64,000 bases of DNA from a virus. The position numbers and the translations under genes were made by a program. This document shows, in pieces, positions 8,303 to 17,907 of this stretch. The DNA lies in the IMG/VR virus record IMGVR_UViG_3300035670_000119, positions 1 to 64,000 of that record, one strand, 5' to 3'. The notes beneath the pieces are model-generated. The model searched no databases, was not told where the DNA came from, and saw nothing but the letters and a program-made list of their open reading frames with translations. The stretch's first letter is position 1; the number at the start of each line of letters is the position of its first letter.

Positions 8303-9595
8303 ATGAGTAAAAAGACAAAGATTTTGTGGTGTGGTGACATCGTCGCCATGACTGGCTTCGCACGCGTCACCGAAAACGTCATCTATCGCCTGAAGGATGA
8401 CTTCGAGATTGTTGTCCTCGGCCACAACTGGTGGGGTGACCCGTGCGATCAACAGAAAGATTTCAAGATGTATCCGTCGTCCAACCGGTTCCAGACGGCG
8501 CCCTTTGGTGAGCAACGCATTCGAGAGATAGTAGAAAAAGAAGAACCGGATATCGTTTTCTCGATTAACGATATGTGGATTATCAATGAGCAATACCGGC
8601 AAATCGAGGATCTACACAGGGCGGGTAGGTTCAAGTTCGTTGGTTACGCCCCAATGGACTCGTATGGGTGGATTGGCTGCCTTGCGGATACCGCCAACAA
8701 CTGGGACTCCATCATTTCCTATACGGAATTTGGTGCTCACGAATTTGTAAAAGGTGGCATCAATAAACCGATCGCCGTCATCCCCCACGGCGTTACGCCT
8801 GGTCAGTTCTATCCCAAGGACAAGGCGGAATGTCGTCGCAAGCTGGGTCTCGATGAAGACCTTTTCATCGTGTTCAACGGAAACAGGAATCAGTTCCGTA
8901 AGCGGATTGACATCACCATCAAGGCATTTGCCGAGTTTGCGGTTGGGCGCCCTGAGACCCGTCTGTACCTCCACATGGGCATGAAGGACCAAGGCTGGGA
9001 TGTGATGAATATCTTCGGCAGGGAAATGTCAAGGATGGGTCTGGATCCCAACGGGCGCATCATCATGACAGCACAGACGGAAGGGCCGCCGAACGTATCC
9101 GTGGACATGCTCAACACCATCTATAACGCCTGTGATGTGGGCATCAATACCTGCAAAGGTGAGGGCTGGGGTCTTGTCAACTTTGAACACGCTGCATGTG
9201 GTGTGCCACAGGTGGTGCCTGACCATACGTCATGCAAGGAGATCTTTGAGGGCTATGGCGAGCTGATCCGCTGCGACCACGTTGATGTGGATACCAATTA
9301 CGGACGTGAGATGCCTTGCCCCTCTGTTGAGCACCTCGTGGAAATCCTGGACCAGCTCTACACATTTCCTGAGATATGCGACAAGGTTGGGCAGCAGTGC
9401 TACCGGCGGGCTACTGATCCTCAATTCTCATGGGACACAGTTGCGTCTCAGTTTGGTGGCATCTTTGAGGATGTGATGAACCAGGTGGATCACTCAGTCC
9501 AACCTGAGATCAATGTTGAGATTGGTGAGAAGCCCAAAGCACGTAAGAAGAAAGGTAAACCGATGCGTCGTGAGCTGGCAAGTGCCGTAAAGTAA
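8303..9595 (+). CDS. glycosyltransferase (GT-B, family 4-like)
   Basis: TGFARV, IPHGV, NRNQFRKRID and EGWGLVNFE (ExxGxxxxE) motifs. Confidence 0.88.
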   Translation: MSKKTKILWCGDIVAMTGFARVTENVIYRLKDDFEIVVLGHNWWGDPCDQQKDFKMYPSSNRFQTAPFGEQRIREIVEKEEPDIVFSINDMWIINEQYRQIEDLHRAGRFKFVGYAPMDSYGWIGCLADTANNWDSIISYTEFGAHEFVKGGINKPIAVIPHGVTPGQFYPKDKAECRRKLGLDEDLFIVFNGNRNQFRKRIDITIKAFAEFAVGRPETRLYLHMGMKDQGWDVMNIFGREMSRMGLDPNGRIIMTAQTEGPPNVSVDMLNTIYNACDVGINTCKGEGWGLVNFEHAACGVPQVVPDHTSCKEIFEGYGELIRCDHVDVDTNYGREMPCPSVEHLVEILDQLYTFPEICDKVGQQCYRRATDPQFSWDTVASQFGGIFEDVMNQVDHSVQPEINVEIGEKPKARKKKGKPMRRELASAVK

Positions 9596-9617
9596 GCGGG
9601 CGACAAATGGGGAGACC

Positions 9618-9648
9618 GGCCTCTGCTGAAAAGCAGGGGCTTTTTTTG
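9618..9648 (+). terminator. intrinsic terminator
   Basis: GCCTCTGCT-gaaa-AGCAGGGGC followed by T7. Confidence 0.8.
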
Positions 9649-9678
9649 TTGCGTGGTGATACAAAACTAGGGAACAAC

Positions 9679-9888
9679 GGTCGGACTTTGGTCGGACTTT
9701 CCGACTTTGGGGGTATTTCTATCTTTAATCACACGAGAGCCCATACACTTTGGGGGGTTAAAGTGTATGGGTAGCAGGATCACGTTCTCGGCTTGGTCTC
9801 ACGGTAAGAAACCCTTACACTTTGACCCCCCGAAATGTAAGGGGAGTTTTTAGAATAAAGGTGAAACCGGGGGCAAAGTCGGAAAGTC
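9679..9888. repeat. symmetric dyad element (candidate replication origin)
   Basis: Perfect 15-bp inverted repeat 9695-9709/9874-9888; mirror hairpins 9740-9771 and 9812-9843; tandem GGTCGGACTTT at 9679-9700. Confidence 0.8.
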
Positions 9889-9917
9889 TGCCCTCCCCCT
9901 CCCATCTATTTCAATTC

Positions 9918-10634
9918 ATGGCAAACATCCCCAAAAAGATCGCATCCCTGGTAAAGGAGCACGACTCTTTCCGTCATGTACCCAATACCGAGCGGCTTAG
10001 TACTGATGAACTAACTGCAAACGGTCTTTACAGGGGCTATCCCTGCCCCCATGGACATGACATCCGCCTGCTTGACAACCACTCCTGCTATCACTGCGCC
10101 TGCAAGATCAGAGACAACATCTGTGGCTTTGACGTGAACTACATGCAGGAGGAGTACAAACGCAAGTACGCGGACCTTTGGAGCCAGATTGCCGTTGGTG
10201 ATCCCAGTGAGTGCTGGGAGGCGCCAGGGCTGACGCAGAAACGCATCTGTTTGCCCTCCTACAGGTCGCTGTACGCCAGGGACAAGTCAACCAATGTCAC
10301 CGCCCACAAGGCGATTTACCAATGTGCCTGGGGGGACGTGGGTGCGTTGTTCGTGACGAGAGTATGTGGGAACAAAACGTGTCTCAACCCTCTCCATTTG
10401 GTCTCAAGCTGGAATCGCTTGTTCCCTCCCAGCGTGATCAGCCCCTTTGACTACGCGTTCCAGCCCGAAAAGCTAATGCAATATCAACAGGTGCAAGACG
10501 TAAACCAACTCAAAGTATTACGCGAACGTTACTACAAGTGCACTATTCAGAACCCTTTGGTTAACCAAAACAACTCGGATTATGATAGTGAATATACACA
10601 GTATTACCAATCCGAATGGCAAGAAACCAGTTGA
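9918..10634 (+). CDS. Zn-binding HNH/His-Me-finger-like protein
   Basis: CPHGH...CYHC; ECW; AHKAIY...VTRVCGNKTCLNPLHL. Confidence 0.65.
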   Translation: MANIPKKIASLVKEHDSFRHVPNTERLSTDELTANGLYRGYPCPHGHDIRLLDNHSCYHCACKIRDNICGFDVNYMQEEYKRKYADLWSQIAVGDPSECWEAPGLTQKRICLPSYRSLYARDKSTNVTAHKAIYQCAWGDVGALFVTRVCGNKTCLNPLHLVSSWNRLFPPSVISPFDYAFQPEKLMQYQQVQDVNQLKVLRERYYKCTIQNPLVNQNNSDYDSEYTQYYQSEWQETS

Positions 10635-11524
10635 GTCAACCTCAACGAACCCAGGCAAACCCCCTGGTTCTTGGTACCTTTTCGGAAACAGCTATTCGCA
10701 ACCTACGTGGTTCTTTAGGACCCAAGAATCGTGTCGTTGGTTATGCAGATACCCTCCAAAACTCTAATGGAGGTTTTGGTGGCGGTACTTACAACCACTG
10801 GTTCCAAATTAATATCGAAGCTCCGGCATGGATCATCCTTGTAAAAGGTCCTCCAAGGCCCAATTACATCCAGGTGTCTGCTTATAGTCTTGACCAAACA
10901 CCAATCGAAGGCAAAGGAATATTTGACGCCGATTCTGTAACAACGACAACAAACGGACAGGTGTACGTACCGTATTTAGATACGGTAATGAGTGCACAGT
11001 CTGATTTATACAACCAGTTCTCTTCCCTTCGCCTTGACAGGGGAGATGAGCGTTATTACCCCCTGGAAAAAAGCAGCTATCTTATTTGCGTTTCGTCGAC
11101 ACGCAACGAACCAATTAATTACAACGTCTCTGTTGTCATTGAATTCCAGGAAACAATTGCATTCTTTGAATTAGAAGACGAAGACGGAAGTGTTGCTCTA
11201 CAAGAGTCAACTCCGTTTACTGAAAACATTGTCTCTCCAATTACATCTAACACAACAATTATTGACGAATCGTATGCTTTTACAGATGAAAACTGTACCA
11301 TTAATAATGGTGTTGTCGTAACAATTGAGGGGCTTGGTATTTGGTATATCGGTACTGCTCCAGTGAATGAGCAAAATAAGATCATCCTGGAGCCAGGGGA
11401 TGATGCTTATTTCGACACAATACACGACCATTCGCTCTCAGCTTGGAAGCAAGCATGGGAGAATGAACATCGAGAGGATGAACCCTTCCCAAATATCCTC
11501 GTTCCTTTAACAAACAGACCATGA
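10616..11524 (+). CDS. hypothetical protein (beta-rich)
   Basis: 302-aa ORF; TATGAT box at about 10581. Confidence 0.7.
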   Translation: MARNQLSQPQRTQANPLVLGTFSETAIRNLRGSLGPKNRVVGYADTLQNSNGGFGGGTYNHWFQINIEAPAWIILVKGPPRPNYIQVSAYSLDQTPIEGKGIFDADSVTTTTNGQVYVPYLDTVMSAQSDLYNQFSSLRLDRGDERYYPLEKSSYLICVSSTRNEPINYNVSVVIEFQETIAFFELEDEDGSVALQESTPFTENIVSPITSNTTIIDESYAFTDENCTINNGVVVTIEGLGIWYIGTAPVNEQNKIILEPGDDAYFDTIHDHSLSAWKQAWENEHREDEPFPNILVPLTNRP

Positions 11525-11637
11525 TCAAGCTTTTACTGACCTGGTTTAAAGGGAAAAACAAAACAACGAAACACCCTTGGCACCTCTACTGCAAGGAAAA
11601 TCCACACTCCTTGGGCTGTCGTGTTTACGACATCTAA
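11521..11637 (+). CDS. 38-aa peptide with CP12-like C-terminal motif
   Basis: Hand-translated MIKLLLTWFKGKNKTTKHPWHLYCKENPHSLGCRVYDI; start overlaps upstream stop. Confidence 0.6.
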   Translation: MIKLLLTWFKGKNKTTKHPWHLYCKENPHSLGCRVYDI

Positions 11638-11667
11638 AAGATAGAATGAGGGAAATGGATTATAACC

Positions 11668-11832
11668 ATGGACAAACTTAACCAGTATCTAGAAGTAGCA
11701 CTTGCTATCCACGCTGCTTGCTCAGCTATTACAGCGTTAACCCCTACGCCAAAAGACGACAAAATTGTCGGCAAACTCTACAAACTGATCGAGCTTGGCG
11801 CACTTGTCATTGGTCGTGCAAAACAGCGCTGA
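11668..11832 (+). CDS. small membrane protein, possible holin
   Basis: Hand-translated MDKLNQYLEVALAIHAACSAITALTPTPKDDKIVGKLYKLIELGALVIGRAKQR; lies near the endolysin. Confidence 0.6.
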   Translation: MDKLNQYLEVALAIHAACSAITALTPTPKDDKIVGKLYKLIELGALVIGRAKQR

Positions 11833-12063
11833 TTAGTCGGGCAGAGCTTGAAACCAAAAACAAACGCCTCCCTGTTTCTCAACCCAATCTCTCGTTGCGT
11901 ACGCTTCTGCTTTTGGAAGTGTTACGCACTTTTTTTCTTTGTCAACTTCCCAGCAGATATTTACGCGTATCTGAGGTTCCTTGTACTTTTTCACGTCAGT
12001 AGTCCCAACGCACGCGCGGCTTTCCTTCTCTGATGCCAAGGTGAACAAATCCTTTTGGGGCAC
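11833..12063 (-). CDS. hypothetical protein (start uncertain)
   Basis: PQIRVNICWE...WVEKQGGVCFWF; true start probably near 11994. Confidence 0.45.
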   Translation of the reverse strand: MPQKDLFTLASEKESRACVGTTDVKKYKEPQIRVNICWEVDKEKKCVTLPKAEAYATRDWVEKQGGVCFWFQALPD

Positions 12064-13009
12064 CGTATCCTAGCGAATAAGGCCACCTGGAATCACACCA
12101 GCTTTGCACCGTGTATATGTTGACACCTTCGACGTAAAAATCGACAGCCCCCTTAGAAGGAGCGTCGTAGGTGTGTTCACTATTCTTGGCGCCACCCATT
12201 TGTGTGTTGATGGGCTCCGGCCTGGAAGCACTAGTGATAATGAGTGGTTTGTTACCAAAGTTGGTCCGCACCTTTTCCAAGAAAAGACATAGTTCTTTTG
12301 CCGTGTCGCATTGGTATTGTTTGGTAAAACGACGCTTTTCCTGATTAAGAGTCAGTTCTCCATACGTGATATGCGGCGTAATTTTGTAACTAAATGGGCT
12401 CCAGGGATTGAAATTATTGCTATGTGGATCTTTACTATCTTGCTTGCCGCCGCTATTTTGTAGCTGGCGATCCATGATCTGAATTAGTTTTGTGCTGTAA
12501 TCAGGGTCAGTAGCGTAACCCTCCTTTACTAAAAGCTGTGCACACTCGTTGCGAGAAGTGGCCCTATTGACGCCTTTAAATCGCCCGAAATCTTTGTACC
12601 AACGGTCAACAAGATAGTGGACGCATGTGGTTAAATCCGGGAAATCAATAAAGCCGGCTTGAATAGTAATCCATTTGCCATTGATGAATTCCTGCGTACT
12701 GACTGTAGAGCCAGATCCTTTTAGCCCAAAGGCATTCCAGGTACCAGAAAAATGTTTCCCCCAGCCTGACTCAAGTGCCCACTGTGCACAAACACAGTCG
12801 GGAAATTTGGCTCCTGCTTCTTTTGCTGCCGCGTACACACCTTCCCACGTATTGGAATGAGCTTGTGAAGGCGCTGGTTTTGTCCGATACTTAAGTGCAA
12901 AAGACTCCAGGACAGAGGGATCGATCTGCCCTTGGAGCCAATTCCAGGCATCAACCTGATGCTTCTCTTTGTTAAAAAATTCTGCAGCGTCTGTGAGTTT
13001 AATTGACAT
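11996..13009 (-). CDS. endolysin: glucosaminidase (FlgJ/GH73-like) + peptidase M15
   Basis: AQWALESGWG, NAFGLKG, GYATDPDY; ITSASR...SEH...AVDF...FVHLGIR. Confidence 0.88.
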   Translation of the reverse strand: MSIKLTDAAEFFNKEKHQVDAWNWLQGQIDPSVLESFALKYRTKPAPSQAHSNTWEGVYAAAKEAGAKFPDCVCAQWALESGWGKHFSGTWNAFGLKGSGSTVSTQEFINGKWITIQAGFIDFPDLTTCVHYLVDRWYKDFGRFKGVNRATSRNECAQLLVKEGYATDPDYSTKLIQIMDRQLQNSGGKQDSKDPHSNNFNPWSPFSYKITPHITYGELTLNQEKRRFTKQYQCDTAKELCLFLEKVRTNFGNKPLIITSASRPEPINTQMGGAKNSEHTYDAPSKGAVDFYVEGVNIYTVQSWCDSRWPYSLGYGAPKGFVHLGIREGKPRVRWDY

Positions 13010-13050
13010 ATCGACCCGAGTCTTTTGTCAACTCTAGGTCAGGTCAATAA

Positions 13051-13221
13051 TCACACAGGTTCGGACTCTTGTACTTCATCTTCTTCTGGTGCGTACTCCA
13101 GGGTATCCATTAATTGTTTCACCAGATCAATGGACATGGCAATTAAATTACCATCATTTGTAGTACGTGCAGATCCGTAAGAAGTAATAGCGGAAGCCAA
13201 TTCACTCTTTTTGCACGGCAT
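13051..13221 (-). CDS. hypothetical protein (56 aa)
   Basis: Hand-translated MPCKKSELASAITSYGSARTTNDGNLIAM...; TAGAAT box at 13241-13246. Confidence 0.55.
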   Translation of the reverse strand: MPCKKSELASAITSYGSARTTNDGNLIAMSIDLVKQLMDTLEYAPEEDEVQESEPV

Positions 13222-13243
13222 AAGATAAAAGCAAAGACTTATT

Positions 13244-13699
13244 CTACGGTTTTTCTGGCCAGGTTAAGTCCCAGGGGAAACCCTCTTGTTCAGTAAGATC
13301 TCTTAAAGCTTGACGATAAACTGCCCAAGCTTGTTTATTCACGGGCACGTCATCTATTTGAGTCCAGTCAGATTCAATCAATAAATTATTCCTTTGCGCT
13401 CTTACATCTTTTTGCTTTGCGTTTGTACGTTCCTCAACTTGTTCTGGACTTGCCTCTTCAATCATCCAGGTCTCAAACCACTGGCCTTTGTTATTAGGCG
13501 CTGCTGAACGTATTAAGTTCTGCGCATGATTAACTTCTGGCGGCTCGGTTAATGTAACCGGACGTAAATTAAACAATTCAGTAATAGAATCGTCAATTAC
13601 ATTAGGAAAACTAACGTGTTTATTTTCGTACTTTAAATCTGTAAGCGTATATGGATAGCGATCTACCCCACCTTCTTTGTTTAATTTGACGTAAAACAT
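13244..13699 (-). CDS. tail fibre assembly chaperone
   Basis: C-terminal VRAQRNNLLIESDWTQ...WAVYRQALRDL...FPW...WPEKP. Confidence 0.85.
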   Translation of the reverse strand: MFYVKLNKEGGVDRYPYTLTDLKYENKHVSFPNVIDDSITELFNLRPVTLTEPPEVNHAQNLIRSAAPNNKGQWFETWMIEEASPEQVEERTNAKQKDVRAQRNNLLIESDWTQIDDVPVNKQAWAVYRQALRDLTEQEGFPWDLTWPEKP

Positions 13700-13962
13700 A
13701 AATCTCCTGTTAACTCAAAAAGCTGTTCTTTGATGACATCGCGAATAATGCGCGATTTTGTCTGCTGCAAACAATTTTCTTTTAAAAGGTTTTCTAAATG
13801 AGCTTTAAACTCTTGAATTTCAGGGTTGTCTTTATATTCTATTTCAGTTTTTTTAATGGCTCGTTTAAAGTTTTCAATGTCAATCTGGTAATTAAAAATT
13901 TCTTCTTCCCTCATTGACAAAGCGTTTGTCAAAATCTGAATCTTGTTCTTTTGTGTTGTCAT
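13681..13962 (-). CDS. hypothetical coiled-coil protein
   Basis: 93-aa ORF in the tail operon. Confidence 0.65.
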   Translation of the reverse strand: MTTQKNKIQILTNALSMREEEIFNYQIDIENFKRAIKKTEIEYKDNPEIQEFKAHLENLLKENCLQQTKSRIIRDVIKEQLFELTGDLCFTSN

Positions 13963-13970
13963 TTTACTTT

Positions 13971-15065
13971 TTACATGAAAGCGATTGCACGACTATTCCC
14001 AGGGGGAAGCGACGATGGGTTCGAGTATTTAGTCCCAAACCCGGTTGAATCATTCCATGGATAAACGTGGACGTAAGGACTAGAGCTTGATGCAACTGCG
14101 ACAAGATCATTTGTCCTTGGAACAGCAACATCATAACACGCTGCCCCAGGTAACGTTGATGGGTTTGAAAACTTTGCCCCAAATCCTGTGGCTTGATCAA
14201 AAGAATAAGCTTCAATATAAGGAGAAGAGGTGCTTGACGTAAAAACTGTTTTACCACTTCTTGAAAATTTTACCCCTGTTAAATTCGCCATTGGGCTCGT
14301 TGCGTCATTAATGGTTGTTCCCCATCCCCCTCCAAAATTAATAGCGCGTAATCCTGCTGTTGTACCTCCTTTTCCGACCACTACAATCAAATTTGATGGA
14401 TGCCAGTCTCCATAACTCCATCCCGCTCCTTGTGATGTGGCCTCAAGCGGAGTACCCAAGTTAACAGTTGAATAAACCCATCCATCTGTCCATGGATAAG
14501 CACGAATATAAAGACTGCTAAGAACAGCAAGTACGTAAGTTCTTGTAAAATTAAATTTTAAATCTGTTAGTACTGATCCAGTTCCAATGCTTTTAATGTT
14601 TGTATTGTTTACTGTACTTGAATTTGCAGCATGAGCGCGCCAAATGTTTCCCGCATAGGAGCATAAAATATAGTAATAACCACCTCCATATTCGGATGGA
14701 AATGATGTAATTGGTCCTCCGGTGCCAATAAAAACACTACCGTTACCGCTAAAAGTAAGATAACTCCCAAAGCCGCTACTTTTAGACCAATTAAAAATAA
14801 CAATGCCACCAGAAGTTCCATTGTTTTGGCTAACCGAAAGAAGACTGCCGTCCTCAGTAAAATTAACTCCTTCCGTATAAGATGGGCCGTTAAAGTTAAA
14901 TGGAGTGCTTGACGGGTCACTGTATTTGGTTCCAAAACCAGCCGATCTTGTAAATGGGTATACTGTTATATATGGTGAGTTACTAGTCGATCCCACAGCA
15001 AAACATCCGTCATATTCTTGCTCCTTTTGCGAGGCAGCTAATAACTGAGTAGATATTGGATCCAT
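13971..15065 (-). CDS. beta-propeller tail/receptor-binding protein
   Basis: Repeated SSPYIxxYP...GFGTKYSNPS blades. Confidence 0.7.
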   Translation of the reverse strand: MDPISTQLLAASQKEQEYDGCFAVGSTSNSPYITVYPFTRSAGFGTKYSDPSSTPFNFNGPSYTEGVNFTEDGSLLSVSQNNGTSGGIVIFNWSKSSGFGSYLTFSGNGSVFIGTGGPITSFPSEYGGGYYYILCSYAGNIWRAHAANSSTVNNTNIKSIGTGSVLTDLKFNFTRTYVLAVLSSLYIRAYPWTDGWVYSTVNLGTPLEATSQGAGWSYGDWHPSNLIVVVGKGGTTAGLRAINFGGGWGTTINDATSPMANLTGVKFSRSGKTVFTSSTSSPYIEAYSFDQATGFGAKFSNPSTLPGAACYDVAVPRTNDLVAVASSSSPYVHVYPWNDSTGFGTKYSNPSSLPPGNSRAIAFM

Positions 15066-15066
15066 A

Positions 15067-17541
15067 TCAAGTCGTGTAGTTACTCAGGAACGCGCCACGC
15101 CAACGCGTTCCGCCATCGTCAGTTACAAAAATAAACAAACTGGTTCGACCTGCCGTTAAAGACGGAGCAACTCCTTCCGGCCACTCTACACCAGAAAACC
15201 AAGTCACTGCACCGCTAGTGTGTGTCAGCTCAAGCGTAAAGCAATAAGCGCGACTTGAAGGCACATTACTTATTGTAAAAGTAGTATTTGAACTAATTGT
15301 TTTTGTGAAATAATTTCCCGCACTACAGTCGATATTGCTAGCGGCAATTGCTGTGATTCCGCTTCTATATGATCCGGTGACATCAACAGTGCTGGTATAA
15401 ACACCACCTGAAATTGTTTTATTGGTTAGTGTCTGCGTCCCTGTTGCAAATACATCTCCGCATCCGATATCGTTTAATGTCCAGGTTACATTTGCGGATC
15501 CGTTAAAAGTTCTTGCAGTATTACCAATAGTGAATGTGCGTGCCGTTGTTAATGTAGTAGCAGAACCAGTAATACTGATAGACCACGTACCCGTTGCGTT
15601 AGCTCCTCCAGTACTGGGAGCGCCGATCGTGTTATACGAAACTGTCCGGGCAGTTCCTCCATCAAATGTTGTTCCAGAGGCAACGCCAGCTCCTCCATTG
15701 TTAAAAGTTAAAGCCGCTGTTGTAGAAGAGGTAATTGTAATATCCGACGAACCGTTAAAAGAAATACCGTTAATTGCGCGTGCCGTCTGCAATGTAGTTG
15801 CCGTGGACGCATTACCTACCAAGTTCGCAGTAATTGTACCGGCTGCAAAGTTTCCCGATGCATCTCTTGCAACAATTTTGCTTCCGGTATTTGCCGTTGT
15901 CGCGTCTACCGCCCAAGTAACAGCGCCGGATCCATCATACGCACTACCGGTTAAGTAAGATCCGTTTGTAAGAGAAAAAGGACTTGCGGCTGTAATCGTA
16001 ATGTTTGCCGAACCGTTAAAGGAAGTGCCGTTAATCGTGCGTGCGGTTTGCAGTGTTGTTGCAGTGGTTGCGTTACCGCTTAAAGCCGCAGTAATTGTAC
16101 CTGCTGCAAAATTACCAGACGCATCTCTTGCGACGACTTTACTTGCTGTGTTTGTGGTTGTTGCATCTACTGCCCAAGTCGTTGCAAGTGACCCATTAAA
16201 ATTGTCTCCTGTTAAATAAGAACCGCGTGTAAGAGTATTTGTGGTGTTGGCTGTAATTGTAATATTTCCAGTGCCATCAAAACTAACCCCATTGATATTT
16301 CGTGCCGTCTGCAAAGCCGTTGCAGATGCTGCATTGCCTAGGATTGCAATATTCCATGTGCCAGATGCATTTGCGCCCGTGGTACTGGGAGCGCCTAGCG
16401 TGTTGTAAGAAACAGTAATTGCGGCGCTACCATCATAGGTAATGCCTGTAGCGTTTCCTGAACCACTATTGTTAAAGGTAACAGCATTTGCAGCTGTTGC
16501 GGGAATTGTGATATTGGCCGTACCATCAAATGCAACACCGTTAATGTTGCGTGCAGTTGCAAGTTTTGTTGCGGTTCCAGAATTTCCGCTTACGCTAATG
16601 CCCCAGGTACCAGTTGCATTGGCGCCAGAGATACTTGGAGCGCCAATTGTGTTGTAGGAAATTGTTCGAGCAACGCTTCCATCAAACGTGGTTCCAGCGG
16701 CGGCACCTGCTCCTCCTGCGTTAAACGTGGCTGCATTGGTAGTGCTTCCACTGATTGTTATATCTGCAGAACCATCAAAACTAACGCCGTTAATGGTACG
16801 TGCCGTTTGTAATGTGGTCGCAGTAGATGCGTTACCGGTTAATGGTCCCGTAAAACCTGATGCAGTAACTGTTCCAGAAACATCAAATGCTGTTGCTGGA
16901 TTTGTTTTATTGATACCAATTCTGTTGTTTGCAGCATCAATATATAAAACACCGCTGTCAATGTTTACGTTACCGGACTCATCTACCAAGACACGTCCAA
17001 CACCGCTTGTTGCAATACCAACTTGATTTGCCCCTGGAAAATATAAACCTGTATCAACGTCCCCGATCGGGATAAGTCCTGGACTTGCGGCACTACCGCT
17101 GCCTACAATTCCCGTAGTTACGGTAAGTGAAGCTAATGGAGATACCTCTGTAAAAGTACCCGTCGTAAATATTGCCGTTACACCGCTTACGTTTGTTCCT
17201 GTAATAGTTGCAAAACGACCTGCATCACCAGTAACAACAGCACCTGATACTTGTGTTGTAAATACACCGCTTACAAAGTTAGCCGTGATACCAGTAAAAG
17301 TTACACCGCTTTGCGTAGTAAAACGAGAAGTTGTACCCGTAACTGTAGTAAATAAACCGCTAACGCCTGTAACGGTAAGGCCGTACACCCGAGTGCCGCC
17401 AATGACAACATCACCGGATACAGTGCCGGTAACTGTTAAATTTCGCCCCAGGTTTTCTGCAATACCTGAGACAGTTATATTGGCTTCCCCGATACCGTCT
17501 GTATAGGTAAGCGTATCAACCTTTAGAGTACCGAATGCCAT
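15067..17541 (-). CDS. tail fibre protein
   Basis: G/T/A-rich; GDVDTGLYFP motif; five to six ATTLQTARTINGVSFDG repeats; C-terminal GNYFTKT...WPEGVAP. Confidence 0.85.
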   Translation of the reverse strand: MAFGTLKVDTLTYTDGIGEANITVSGIAENLGRNLTVTGTVSGDVVIGGTRVYGLTVTGVSGLFTTVTGTTSRFTTQSGVTFTGITANFVSGVFTTQVSGAVVTGDAGRFATITGTNVSGVTAIFTTGTFTEVSPLASLTVTTGIVGSGSAASPGLIPIGDVDTGLYFPGANQVGIATSGVGRVLVDESGNVNIDSGVLYIDAANNRIGINKTNPATAFDVSGTVTASGFTGPLTGNASTATTLQTARTINGVSFDGSADITISGSTTNAATFNAGGAGAAAGTTFDGSVARTISYNTIGAPSISGANATGTWGISVSGNSGTATKLATARNINGVAFDGTANITIPATAANAVTFNNSGSGNATGITYDGSAAITVSYNTLGAPSTTGANASGTWNIAILGNAASATALQTARNINGVSFDGTGNITITANTTNTLTRGSYLTGDNFNGSLATTWAVDATTTNTASKVVARDASGNFAAGTITAALSGNATTATTLQTARTINGTSFNGSANITITAASPFSLTNGSYLTGSAYDGSGAVTWAVDATTANTGSKIVARDASGNFAAGTITANLVGNASTATTLQTARAINGISFNGSSDITITSSTTAALTFNNGGAGVASGTTFDGGTARTVSYNTIGAPSTGGANATGTWSISITGSATTLTTARTFTIGNTARTFNGSANVTWTLNDIGCGDVFATGTQTLTNKTISGGVYTSTVDVTGSYRSGITAIAASNIDCSAGNYFTKTISSNTTFTISNVPSSRAYCFTLELTHTSGAVTWFSGVEWPEGVAPSLTAGRTSLFIFVTDDGGTRWRGAFLSNYTT

Positions 17542-17561
17542 TGTTTATTTTCTCCTTTTGA

Positions 17562-17864
17562 TTACCAAGTCGATAATGCGGCTCGTTTCCAGGTATTTGT
17601 GTCGGTGCAGACGTAGATATAATCACTGTCCCAAGTGATTTCACCTTTGGTGCCTGTAGCCGATGCACTAGCTGGCGTTTTTTCTTGGCCGATTTTTACA
17701 TTTGCGTAGTATTGATCCAGGTAGGCGCGAAACTGCGTAAAAGTAATTTTACGATTACGCAGTGTTGGGTCAACTTCAAATACGTGAACAAGCGTCAGAA
17801 TATCTTGGGTGTCAATATCCGCCCCATTAATGGATGGAAATTCACTAATCTTTCGGTTGCTCAC
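17562..17864 (-). CDS. short tail-fibre-related protein
   Basis: RKISEFP N-terminus; TPASASATGTKGEITWDSDYIYVC...WKR. Confidence 0.7.
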   Translation of the reverse strand: MSNRKISEFPSINGADIDTQDILTLVHVFEVDPTLRNRKITFTQFRAYLDQYYANVKIGQEKTPASASATGTKGEITWDSDYIYVCTDTNTWKRAALSTW

Positions 17865-17907
17865 GTACCTTTTACGCGCTCTTTTTATTCATTATAAAGG
17901 CAATTAC

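Noticed and set aside
15422-17506. Several plus-strand ORFs opposite the tail fibre
   Set aside because: Shadow ORFs caused by repetitive codon usage
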